Of a stretch of DNA of 64,000 bases, positions 38,701 through 51,269 are shown in pieces (position 1 is the stretch's first letter; every line of letters starts with the position of its first letter). Both the position numbers and the translations under genes were made by a program. The stretch is from Octopus sinensis. Taxonomy: Eukaryota. The notes beneath the pieces were generated by a model. The model ran no database searches, had not been told where the DNA came from, and saw only the letters and a list, made by a program, of their open reading frames with translations. The stretch is from the NCBI RefSeq assembly GCF_006345805.1, contig NC_043000.1:116002001-116066000 (forward strand). The letters run 5' to 3'.

Positions 38701-39658
38701 TCTCTTTCTCTATTTATCCCTGTCTGTCTGTCTGTATGTCTATCTACCTACCTACATAATTATCGATGAGTACACCAAGTTTAGCGATGGGAGCAGAAAA
38801 TATTTTCTCCAATCCAGTATTATGTTTTTTAAACATAATACTGGTCCATAAATATATAAATTGAAAGATATTTCACAGATAATTATACCAAATCGAATAG
38901 CTACATTTGTACTCTTTCATCAACTCATTGAACGTGGTTATATTTGGGAAACTAAAATGATTTTCGCGTGGGAAATGCTTTGCTAAGTAGAACTTCAAAG
39001 CACATATTCGTTCCTACGATTCCTTTACCATTTACGTAACATGATTATTTCCTAAATTTTTTTTTTTTTTACATTTAAATAAAATGAAAAATTGTTGAGA
39101 GTTCTATAGATGTTATAACGTCAGTTGAAAAGTTATGTAAGGACGTGCATACATACATGTAATAAATACGCTGGTACAAAAATCCAATATTGTTTATATC
39201 TATACCGAAAGATGTAGCAATCTTCCTACAAATGCATGTGGGTATAAACATTTTACAACCTCCCAAACACACACACACACGAGGTACATATTTGCTCAGG
39301 CAAATACATCTATTGTATGTGTATATGCGTGGTTTGCATTAAAAGTTATCATTCAAATATATGCTTACATTAGGTATACACATACAATAGCAGATACTTT
39401 TAACTATATATATATATATTTACATATACATATATTTATATATTTACATATACATATATATGTATTTACATATACATATATATGTATTTACATATACATA
39501 TATATATATGTATTTACATATACATATATATATATATATATTTACATATACATACATATATATATCTATCTTTACATATATATATATTTTTTACATGTAC
39601 GTATATATCAATGCATAATAAATATATATATATATATATATATTACATATACATATAT

Positions 39659-39707
<49 letters not shown>

Positions 39708-40424
39708 TATGCATTACTATACCTTAACTTTGAAATCCTTAATATTAACATCAAACGCATTTTGGAATAAAAATATACATTTCTCCTTAACAGAGATAAA
39801 GAAAAAAAAATATGTAGCGTTGTTAGCAAATACAACGATTGCTTCTCCAACAAAGAAACAGCAGCAACAACAACAAGTTCTATAATTTCATTTACGTAGA
39901 GTTTAAAAAAAGTATGTTTACGATTTTAAGGAAACGTCTTGCACAGAATAAAATCTTTATAGGTCAACCATTTTCTTTCTTGTTTTACATATTCTATACT
40001 TTTACTATGCTCCTCTCTTCAGCATTTGGGAATTTCTTTTCCAATACAAATGTCAAAGATTGAAATATTCTGTACAGGAATGGCTGGATCGATCAATTTT
40101 TATTGAAGTTAATTCTGACATTTGTGGATTTCGAAAATTCGATCACGATGTCTATAACAGAGATTTTGTTAGTCTTGTTGATGCGCTTGTTGAGGTTGAT
40201 AATTTTTGTAGATGATGATGATGTTGATAGTGATTGTGGCTGTGGTCGCGGTCGTGGTTGGGGTAATGGGAATAGAACAGAGGGTAATCATGACGTCACT
40301 GTTGCCTTCTTTAAGCAGAAATAAGAATCATATGTATTGTGGTGATTAAAAGCTTGCTAACAGGTTGAAAAAAAAACATAATTACTATTTTGTAAAAGGG
40401 CAACCTCATTGATAATCGCGCATT

Positions 40425-40460
<36 letters not shown>

Positions 40461-40502
40461 ATATATATACTCAAAATAAGCAACAAGTATATCCAAGGTA
40501 GT

Positions 40503-40588
40503 GTAGTACAATCGTTTCATGCTACTTCATTTTATTAAACAATGTAAGTATTACATCAGTTTTAAAATGTAGAGCAATCTTCAGCCAC
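40503..40588 (-). ncRNA. Type I HHR with long stem II loop
   Basis: Minus strand: GUGG CUGAAGA U UGC(UC)UAC ~43 nt GUAGCA U GAAA C GAUU G UA CUAC. Confidence 0.7.
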
Positions 40589-41022
40589 GTATAAAATTCT
40601 TTTAATAAAAAAGACAATATACTTTTTTATGCTTATTTCAATTGCCAACATTCATTTGCCAACATACATTTGCTGAACTTATATATAGAGACAAGTGTGT
40701 GTGTATATGCGACCGTTAATTCAGATACGCTTTTTTACTTTATCCATCTGTTTTCTCCCCTAATTCCTTTCTACAGAAGAGCTAAGGCTCGAAATATAAA
40801 AAGGTTTCTTCAATTGTTCCTGAGCTTCGAATCAAAATGCCCTGTTTGTTGTTTCCTAATCTATCTCTGTCTGTTGTTTTTGCCTGGTTTGAGGCTCAAA
40901 CGTCCGAGTTCTTTTACAGGGCTTAGAAAAACTGAAGGACAAGTGCAATAAGTGTGTGAACATAATAAGGGAATATATTGAGTGCAATCATAATTAACTC
41001 ATCTTCCTTTATTTCCTTCTAA

Positions 41023-41056
41023 ACTAAGCCAAGATCTTTTCAGCACACCCTCTTAC
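41023..41056 (-). mobile_element. Mariner-like TIR fragment
   Basis: Minus strand TAAGAGGGTGTGCTGAAAAGATCTTGGCTT resembles mariner ends of the TACGAGGG..TGAAAAG type. Confidence 0.45.
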
Positions 41057-41159
41057 ACATACACACACACAAACACACACACGTGTGCGAGTGCGCGTCT
41101 TTGTGTACGCCTGCATGTGTGTGTGTGTGTGGAGAAAGTATGTCAAAAGACACACATAT

Positions 41160-41390
41160 ATATGTACATATATATATGTATGTATATGTTTGTGTGTGTG
41201 TGTTTGTCCCTCCAACATCGCTTGACAACCGATGGTGGTGTGTTTACGTCCCCGTAACTTAGCGGTTCGGCAATAGAGACAGATAAAATAAGTACCGGGC
41301 TTACAAAGAATAAGTCCTGGGGTCGATTTGCTCGACTAAAGGTGGTGCTCCAGCATGGCCGCAGTGAAATGACTGAAACAAATAAAAGAA
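41160..41390 (+). mobile_element. SINE-B 3' half
   Basis: GACAACCGATGGTGGTGTG..GTCGATTTGCTCGAC..GACTGAAAC. Confidence 0.85.
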
Positions 41391-43679
41391 AAGCGAATAA
41401 AAGAATAGTAATCGTGTGTATATTTTTGAAGGTAACATGATATTATTGAATGTTTTAATGATAAACGAGCCAAGAACTTTATTCAACATTATAAATAGCC
41501 ACAAGTTTCAGTTTATTCCATCTCTTGTTGTCATAAACTTTATTTATAAAGTCTAATCTCCTGTTTTCATCTTTAAATTATTGCAAGGCTGTAGTCAAAT
41601 AACTGTAACAAGCAAAGGATAAAAAGATTGCAGCTTCTAATATTTTGATAAGCATAAGTTTAATGTTGAATTCAATCGTGATGCTTTGTGCTTCTTAAAC
41701 ATTTGTCATTCTAAACCTGAGCCATATTTTTCGCAATATTCAACATGACGGATTTCTAAAATATGCGAGAAAGGGGAAAAGCCTCTTAAAGAAAAATGCA
41801 ATAAAACTAAAAGAATCTAAAGAATTTTTTCAGTTTTACAGAATTGTATAAATTTTTTGATTATGAAAGAGTTAAAAAGTTAATAAGGTGTTGCATGAAA
41901 TACCATTTATAAATTTAGAATTGATATTGTCTGATGTATTATACTTATCATGTTTATGAAATTTAATTATCTGATTTTAAATTTCTGTTTTATCAATTTT
42001 TGATTAGTTACAATTAAATGCCCCCTTACTGTAAAGGAAATTTGACATTTTTTATTATGATTGCTTTGTGACCTAACACTAACAATGACATGAAGGTTAT
42101 CGTGATGGAGACTTAAGTGTAGATAATTTTTCTCAGGTGTAAAGTTGTTCTGTATATTCAAATTTGCAATAGATATTCAATGCAAATAGCAGCATAAATC
42201 TATTCGATGTCATTTCTGTCATCGAAATATCTGCAGGTGATATCAAGAAAATGAAAAAAAACAAATGTGTTGAAATCATTTGAATGCCAACACTTTAGAA
42301 ATCGTAGTTAAGCTTCTCTCCGTCTTAGAAATTATTTAGGAAACCTTGTTATCTATCAAGATTTAATATTTCTTAAATTGTTTATCATAATTATCTGGAT
42401 GCTATATTCTTAAGGAAACAAGATAAAATTATAAAATAAGTTAACGATAAAGAAATCAAAAATGCTACTTTACCACAAAATTATCCATCAAGTTTAAATT
42501 AATTAAATCGCTGGTTTTAAACTTATTTTTCTTTTTGTAAAATTTAAACTCTGATATTCAACTAAATTTATATGACAGTAAAAAACGAAATGAATCTTGA
42601 AAATCCTTTGAGAACGATAAGGTTAAATCATGATGTGAATTAGTTCGTGATTGAAATCATTCACGAAAGGGAAATATCATGAACATTTGTCATTTTGACT
42701 CTGCGCCATTTTGAGTCATATTTGTGATAAGGGAGTTGCGTAATATGAGGTAAAATATCAAACCTCATCAAAGAAGAACGAAGAATAAATGAAACAATTG
42801 AACATAATTTTCAATTTTACAGAATTATATTTTCTGTTATTATTGAAACAAGGAAATTACAAGCATAAAAAACAATGAGCTTTTCCATGGAAATGTCATT
42901 TAAAACAATTGAATTCGTATTATCAGATGCGTAATATTTATAATGTTCATGAAATTTGATTATCTGATTTTAATTTCGAGTTTTAAGACTTGTTGATTGG
43001 TTAGAACCCCACATGCTCATATTACAATAGAACCTAGATAATTTCATTGAAAATACACAATGGAACAGCAACAAACGGAATCTACTGATCATTGCGATGA
43101 AAACGTAAAAATAAATCTTTCTAAACAATTTGATCAATTCGTTACACCCATACATACAAACATGCATATATGCATACAAGTCTGTCTCTCTGTCTGTCAG
43201 TATGTATGTATGTGACTTGTTCATCATGGTAGTTGATCCACGGGTCATTTTCTGGTTTTATCTTGCATGTTGCTCTGTTTAAAATTTATCTAATGATATC
43301 GACTTTTCGCTATCGTATAACCTAAGAATTCTTCAATGAAATATTCCCGAAACACTTGTACTGAATTTTGAACCCTACTTGAATTCTTCTTCATATATAT
43401 ATTCTTGTCGGCCGGGAAACATGCTAAGCCCAAAGCTATGTTTTTTGCGTTAAAACCTATGTACATAAATGTTCTTCTGAAGAGAAAAATGGATCCAGTT
43501 TTAGTTCCTAACTTCGAAAGTGCAATAGAGGACTAACCTTTTATTTCTAGTTAGGTTTTAAATTTTATATGTCATGGCGCTCGCCGAAAGCATTTATGGT
43601 TCAGGAGAATTCATATGAATGATTATAGTGGCTTTATGGCGGAATTTGAATGTTATTTCTAAGCATGTAAAGTTTTTTT

Positions 43680-44149
43680 ACGTGACAGTAGGGGGTACAC
43701 GTTCTTGTTAGATTGACAGTATACAACCATTATATCGCTCCACCACCGTACACCTCTCTACGAGAGATTTAGAAATTCAATATTTCTTATTTTGATAATC
43801 AGTGAATAGACTTCACTGACTATAGATATATACAGATACGAAGTCCAGACAGATATCGCCAGCTGACCGGTGTCTGCTACTCTAGGCCGATGAAGGACAA
43901 TGATCCTGAAACACGGTGTCCCTAGATGCAGTTCCGGCAGTTGGGGGTGTTTGTCTCCCCGTCGTATGTGTATATAAGGACACAGGATAAAATGTGTCGA
44001 AGCTGTCAGGAGGCGTTCGATGCCTCCTAGGGCTATATAACGGTGGTGTACCCCCTACTGTCACGTTCTTGTTAGATTGACAGTATACAACCATTATATC
44101 GCTCCACCACCGTACACCTCTCTACGAGAGATTTAGAAACTCAATATTT

Positions 44150-44154
<5 letters not shown>
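43680..44154 (+). mobile_element. Retrozyme/pLTR-like element: 364-bp unit, 90-bp terminal redundancy, 21-bp inverted 5' tag
   Basis: 43701-43790 matches 44065-44154 with 1 mismatch. 43680-43700 is the reverse complement of 44046-44066, and there is an HHR inside. Confidence 0.8.
43882..43925 (+). ncRNA. Type I HHR, U4C variant, GUC triplet
   Basis: CUAGG CCGAUGA A GGA CAAUGA UCC U GAAA CACGGUG UC CCUAG, with a perfect 5-bp stem I. Confidence 0.7.
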
Positions 44155-44203
<49 letters not shown>

Positions 44204-45226
44204 CGAGCTATGCTTTAATCTCTTTAATAATCTCATAATAATGACTTTTATTACTTTAATTCCTACCTCAGTTCATCTAATTGTTCATCTGTGGTTACCT
44301 TTCATAAAAAGCCTTTACTTTTTTTATTTACAATGTGAATTTTTGTTGATTTTTCTTACTTTCCCCTTACATTACCACGCGTAGTTTCTACTTTCTTTTT
44401 GTAACATATTTCTATTATATATATATTTCGAAGTGATTGGTAATTAGGTGCCTTGTGGATATTAGACTCAGCAATCCTGCTGAGTGTTCTGTTCAGTTAG
44501 CACATATATAAAACACATCTTTTAATTACACACACACACACATACACATACACATACACGTACACATATACACACCCGCGTACACAAACATAAGATACGC
44601 ACAAAACACGTGTGTTATTTGATTAGTGAAAATGTAATTCACTATTTAAGATGAAGCCTTAATAAAAATATATTGATCGCTATATTACTAAATATATGTG
44701 TGGATTTTGACAATCTTATATTATATAAATCAGGACTAAGTCTGGTAGGAGACTTTTCCAGTTGTAAGTTAATTTTCCCTCTAATGCAGAACGGTGTTTG
44801 TGACAAAGGAATGTTCTGTATTTTGCATTGGTAATACCATTTCCATAGACTTTACCAAATACAATTACTAAATCATAATTATAAAAGCTTGTCGTTTACC
44901 AAGCCACTCGTTAAAAATTTAAATGCCACATAATTTGGGAACACATCAATAATATTTTCAATAAATGCATACGAATACAGATGATCAAAAATGTAGGAGA
45001 TCAAAAACAGTCACGACTGAATGCGTGTTATGAATCGAAAGAACAGTTGGAAGTTGATCCATTCCTTTTCTCGAAGGTCACCACTTGTAACGAAAGCTGG
45101 TGCTCCGGAATTTGCAGATGTGGAAGAGGTGAGGAAAAAACCACGGCGGCGTTAAAATGCATAACTTCGTAAGACTTCCAACACTGCTTCCAACAGTAGA
45201 AAACATGTTGGAGATCCCTGACGACG

Positions 45227-46552
45227 TTGTCCTCAGTTGACGAACTATGGTCATCCCTCAAAGCATATGTAATCTGGTTGACTGACCAGGCAGTTCCCGT
45301 TGGGCTTCCCAAGAAGAAGAAACACAAGCCCTGGGTGACGAAGAAGGTTAAACGAGAACTTCGACTCAGAGATATTGCTTGGGCTGAATTCAAAAATCTG
45401 GATTCGACTGCTGCTTTTGAGGTGTACAAAACTCAACGAGACCGAGCCGTGAAAAGTGAAAAGGAAGAACGCTTCAGTTATGAATACAAAATCGCGGCAA
45501 ATGCCAGTAGCAATCCAAAAACCTTTGCCCATGTCCAACGGAATTCCCGCTTGAACAACCAGATTGCAACGTTGGTAGACTCAACAGGCGTATCGATTGG
45601 GGACCCTTATCAAAAGAGTCAATTATTTGCTGAGGCTTTTTCAACTATTTTCAAACAAGATGATGGTCGTGAACCCCCTCCATTTGATAGATCGGTACCT
45701 CCAATGCTTCGATTGGTCATCACGCGGGACGAAGTCAAACGTGTTATTCAAGGCCTCAATGTCAACAAGGGTCACGGCCCTGACGGCATACACCCACGGG
45801 TTATCAAAGCGTTGGCTCCGGTCATCTGCGAGCCCTTAACACGTCTATTCAATATGTCATTGGCTACGGGTGTTATACCTGCGGACTGGAGAACAGCGAT
45901 AATCTGCCCAATTTTCAAGAAAGGGAGCCGCAAAGACCCGCTTAACTACCGACCGGTTTCCCTTACATCAATAATCAGCAAGATGTTCGAAACCATCCTT
46001 AAGAAAAGTATGATGCTCCACCTCCAAAACACAGCCTCTATCTCTGATTCCCAACACGGCTTCGTGCCGAAGAGATCATGCTTGACCAACTTACTGGTAA
46101 TGGAAGAATTGGTGACGCGCATCCTCGATGATAGTGATGCTGTTGACATCGTTTTATTGGACTTTGCCAAAGCTTTTGACTCGGTAAACCACCGCCTATT
46201 ACTTGTCAAGCTTCAAGCATATAGTTTCCATCGGATATTGTACGATGGGTTGGTGCCTTCCTCTCAGATCGCTCCTTCCAAGTCGAAGTTAATGGTTCGC
46301 GATCCGACGTCTCCAGTGCGAGCAGTGGCGTGCCTCAAGGTTCAGTGCTTGGGCCCTTATTGTTCTTAGTCTTCATAAATGACTTGCCCGACGACCTCAC
46401 GCAACACACCCTTTGTTCAAAGCCTCCCTTGACCTCAAGTGGCCTGAACTCTTTACATGAACACCACCCTGTACTTAATTCCATGTCCACCTACATGGCC
46501 TTGCTATTTGCTTTTGAGCCAAATTAACTAACTAACTAACTAACTAACTAAC
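45227..46552 (+). mobile_element. CR1-type LINE: RT domain, frameshifted, internally deleted, (TAAC)n tail
   Basis: Peptides GPDGIHPRV..PIFKKGSR..NYRPVSLTS..QHGF..RSCLTNL..LDFAKAFDSV; after a frameshift near 46225, SGVPQGSVLGPLLFLVFINDLP. The sequence jumps at about 46398 (no YADD) to a 3' end with about seven TAAC repeats. Confidence 0.9.
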
Positions 46553-46674
46553 ATGTCTGGACGAATGCATTGCTTCAAATGGAGAATACTTTGGAGGCAA
46601 TAAAAGTGTAAACCTGTAATACTAAGTACACTATTTACATTTGACGGATATTTGTCCTCATATTGTTTGTTGTT

Positions 46675-46720
46675 AACACAACGTTTCGGCTGATATACCA
46701 TCCAGCTTTCATCAGGTGTT
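46675..46720 (-). ncRNA. Minimal HHR (same family as 62618), stem II first pair mismatched
   Basis: Minus strand: AACAC CUGAUGA A AGCUG N10 CAGCC GAAAC GUU GUGUU, within an element fragment at about 46633-46748. Confidence 0.65.
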
Positions 46721-46802
46721 TTGGGGAAATTTTGAACCTAAGGTATTTTTCGGGCGGTACATAGAGCCATTGCTTCTCCCTACACCGCACACGGGCAGCT
46801 TC

Positions 46803-47070
46803 AACTAAAGCCTTGTGAGAGGATTTGGTACACGGAAACTGAAAGAAGCCCATCATGTGTGTATTTGTGTCTGTGTTTATCCCACACCATCACTTGACAA
46901 CTGATGTTGGTGTGTGTACGTCCCCGTAATGTAGCGGTTCGGCAAAAGAGAGCGATAGAATAAGGACTAAGCTTACAAAGAATAAGTCCTGGGGTCGATT
47001 TGTTCGACTAAAGGCGGTGCTCCACCATAGCCGCAGTCAAATGACTGAAACAAATAAAAGATTAAAAGAA
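46803..47070 (+). mobile_element. SINE-B, 5'-truncated
   Basis: AAAGCCTTGTGAG..GGAAACTGAAAGAAGCCC.. through the tail. Confidence 0.85.
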
Positions 47071-47096
47071 TAAAATAATACACATACACACACACA

Positions 47097-47159
<63 letters not shown>

Positions 47160-49284
47160 AATATATATATGTATATGGGCGGTAAGTGTATGTCTGTGTG
47201 TGTTGTGTCTGAGTTTCTCCGCTACCATGTCTTGACAACCGCTTCTGTCTGCTCGTTCCTTGAAGGGGTACATATATTAATGAAGAATGACAAAACTAAA
47301 ATATCATTTTCAGCAGACTATATACGAAAAAGTTTCAATACAGGAATAATAAAGAAATTAATTAACAATCACCATTATTAATGCATGTGAGACGTTTCCG
47401 ATTCTTCAGCAACATGAAGTCTTATAGTGATGCGGTATACAAACAATGAATGCAGCAAACAAAGAATGTGATTACGGAGAATAATGACGGTTTAAATAGA
47501 AACATTGTTACATTTGAATAAGACTAGGATCCATCTTTAAGTCGTTACATGCGAATTTAATAATTCTGACGATTGTATTGGATACATTTGTAAGAAAATG
47601 ATCTTACAAATTTGAATCGGACCTGTAGTAGAGAGGGAATGAGATTGAAGAGAACGGGAATGGCGACGAACATTGCTGGTTTAATTGATTAACCGTATCA
47701 TTAATTAAACAGTCGATCAGCTAATTGGTTAAATAATTAACTTTTTGTCGAGAAATAAAAAAAAAAAGTGAAATTAAAAGGCTACGTATGTTTATTACTG
47801 ACATAATGACTCTCTTGAATTACAAAAGTAAATAACCCCCCCACCAAAAAAAAACCCCTACCAAAATGAAGAATCTTCTGCAACATGAGCTTTGAAACAC
47901 TTGACAAATGGAGTTTCTGGATTTACGATGACATTTTCGAGACGACAGGAAAGCTATTAATTATCCTACATAATTTTCGAAACAGCTTATTCCTTTCGGA
48001 TTACGCCCGCTTGGACTAACCCTAAAAGTCGACTCCATTTTAATGATCATGTTTAGACTCGGTCTCAGGAATTTGTATTGATTGGTACTTATTGGACAGA
48101 ACTATGGCAACGTATTGCTATAATGCCAATGATATATTTAATCCCAAGTGATACAATACTTCCCTTCATATTGAAAAGGTGAAAGTTCAGTATTTTCTCA
48201 TTTGTTGCCTGTCATTCGTCAGTCACCTCATACAGTCATTTTCGAAATCCTGAATTAAGTTGTAACTAACTACATTAAGCTTTAAGTAGAATCAAGAACA
48301 GGAGAATCTTAGAATAACTACTTATTAACATACGATATTTTATCTGCCAAAGTACATACAATAATGTTGGCCTAAGGGAGCTTTACATTAAATGCTCATC
48401 TAATATATATATTTCATTATTCAATATGAGGTTCACCTGCAGTATTCTGTAAGTTTTATCATATTAGGAAAATGCTGTAAATATTTGATGTAGAGTTCAC
48501 ATTATAGCGCAGTGTATGCTGTAGATATTACCGTAAACTACAAGTTATACCATATTGGGAAATAAATAACTGGTGTTAGCTGAATTTAATAATATAATGC
48601 AAAATGAAGATATTGTTGGAAATTGAAACCGTACAGGATTATGAAGCTGCAGTAGTATCACGTGAACGGTAATATTACATTCTATGAAGCATATCTTTTG
48701 TACAGCACAACTTGAATAATGCATTTATACTCGTTTATCACGGATGTTTGGTTTAAAGAACGGTGTTGAAGGTATCAGTGATTAATGAAAATTAGACAAT
48801 ATGGGGAAAAAGAGACATCGTTCCGAGACCCCAAAGTGTTCTTAACATTGTGGATTTTACGGTTCAAGCAGAATTTGTGACTGATCACCGACACGCATTG
48901 TTAGAGATCAATCCGTGATAAGCTTAACACGGTTCGTAATCTGCATGTGATATAACATAAACCCAGACAGGAATTATAAAACATATCCCATCATACTCTA
49001 TTTCCCAGTCGCTTCAATGGCAATCAGCCTCTCTCTTTTCATCCCCTGTTGCTTTAGCGTTGTATTATATTTGAAACTTCAGGTTAGTATGCCGGGCGAA
49101 ATGCTTAGCGGTATTTCGTCTGTCTTTACGTTCCGACTTCAAATTCCGCAGAGGTCGACTTTGCCTTTCATCCTTTCCGGTCCTTCCATGTCTGTCCGAC
49201 GTGTACGTTTTGTAATATTTAATGCAGCTTTCATTTATTGAGTAACTGAACACTACTCTCCACGACTTATGTTAGCAGAATATG

Positions 49285-49371
<87 letters not shown>

Positions 49372-50501
49372 TATATGTATACACACACACACACATATAT
49401 TGGTAGTTAAGGTAAATTCTATCTGTTTCCTCTTGAAGTACATTTCCTTATTCTATTATAACATTATATATGTATCCACATCTGCCACTCTATGTTGGTC
49501 GAAATACAAATTAACTTGAAAATGTATGGAAATACGTGAAGAATTAAAGTATGAAAAAAGGTTTGTGGAAATTTGTTAGCATTTTTCAGTATGCGTTACA
49601 TGTGTTTCATTTGCTAATAGGAATTACAAAGATTTACATCGAGATAGTCATGTAAGGAATTTCCTATTAAAATCTCATCAGAGAAATATTTATAATACAA
49701 AAAATTACGTTTCCACGAAGCGTTTATATATGGATATTAATCAGGAGCATTACAAACAGCATTGGTGAAGGAAGCAGAAAGATATATCACCATGGCTGCC
49801 CAAAACTTCGAAGTCACTGTTAACAGCATTTTTGTATGGAAATAATAAAAGTATAGAGTATCCCATCACATTAATGTAAAGTTTCTTTTATCATGACATA
49901 AAAACAAACGTTAATATATATGTATATATATATATAATTCGCGCTCTCAATTTGCGTACTTCAAAAGAAACACTTTACTTTCCAAGTTCGATATTTAACG
50001 AACGTCATCACCTATTCTATGGCGATTTTTATATAATGTATTCTGTGAAGTATTTCTGAAATGACACCTTAATATAGACATTTAAATTTTTCAATTTCAA
50101 AGTCCTTATTAGTAATTCGTAATTAAAAATATTTGTCATCTACTCATATTTGAACTCATCCTACGTTGTAAGGAGTTTACGATACGGAGGAAAATATACA
50201 TAGGTACTTATATTAATGAAAAGGAATAAGGTTTATTTCATTAACTGGTTATCGGTTAGAAATTTTGTTTTTTACTCATTCCCTTGTGTACGTTAAACTA
50301 TGTAAAATGATAGAGAGAGAAACCTACTTATTTTTGCAATACATATCAATACATAGGGCTAAAGCAAAATACTTTCAGTGGCTCTTAAAACATTATTGTT
50401 GATCCCCAAAATAGTTGTTTGTTGCGGGGACCCCAACACCACGAAATCTTATATGGATCCTCAGGGGCCATGTGAACCCGTGTTCAGAATCTCTGATTTA
50501 G

Positions 50502-50752
50502 AGTAAAGATTGTTTGCCAGCATAATATGGCAATCTTGGTTCAGGATGAATGTTGCTGTAATTTAGCCCCAGGAGGATCCTCCCCAGCTGGCTATAGGAC
50601 ACGATCTGTGTCCTTATATTTTTGAAGAATGAAATATAAAGACACGGATCGTGTCGTATAGCCAGCTGAAGACGATGTCTCCTGGGGCTAAATTACAGCA
50701 AAATTTGTCCTAAACCAGGACTATCATGTTATGTTGGCAAACATTCTTTACT
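50502..50752. repeat. ~250-bp hairpin/fold-back element
   Basis: ~120-bp arms, for example GCTGTAATTTAGCCCCAGGAG / CTCCTGGGGCTAAATTACAGC, with a loop of about 10 nt. Confidence 0.9.
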
Positions 50753-50816
50753 GCAAAGTACTTTGCTGATTATTTCATGTTGTTAGATTTACAAATAGTA
50801 ATTTTCTAATCTCTGC

Positions 50817-51262
50817 ATGCGCGCTAAGTTTTTAACATTCTAGCTCACATCCGCTGTTTACAGCAGTGCTTCGAAGTAACCTGTGTAAAACATGATCGTT
50901 ACATTGACCATGACAGAGAAAGTTGTCATGGTAATACCTGCTCAAAGGCCTACGCAAGTTGCAGGAAGTATATGGAGAGGAGTATATGGGCCGCACACAA
51001 GTGTACGAGTGGTTCAGATGTTTTCAAGATGGTCAAAATGTCGATATTCTGGGGGGATCCGTCACCAGCAGAACTGAGAAAAACATCGCAGATGTGCATG
51101 TAGCTGTGAGGGGAAATCCTCGAATTAGCATCCGTGAGTTATCAGAGTATGTACATATTACAGTTCAGTTCAGCCCATTATCATTGAAGATTTGGGTATT
51201 GAAGATTCGGGTTTAAGTTGTACAAGATCTCATTGATAGTGTGAGAAAACGATGAAAACTTT
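50817..51262 (+). pseudogene. Mariner transposase N-terminal (HTH) fragment
   Basis: MTEKV.. then QEVYGEEYMGRTQVYEWFRCFQDG..SRTEKNIADV..NPRISIRELS, a typical mariner paired HTH; frameshifted and deleted. Confidence 0.85.
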
Positions 51263-51269
51263 TTGAAAA

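Noticed and set aside
37870-38851. Three overlapping 257-301 aa ORFs
   Set aside because: They are translations of (ATCT)n/(GTCT)n, which lacks stops in these frames (SIYL repeats).
43830-43880. Possible second HHR upstream of 43882 (..ACGAAGTCC..CCGGTGTCTG)
   Set aside because: It lacks both the CUGA and GAAA cores in this copy, so it cannot be supported.
47660-47750. Cluster of TAAT/TTAA homeodomain-like sites (possible enhancer)
   Set aside because: Expected by chance in DNA this AT-rich, and no conservation data are available.
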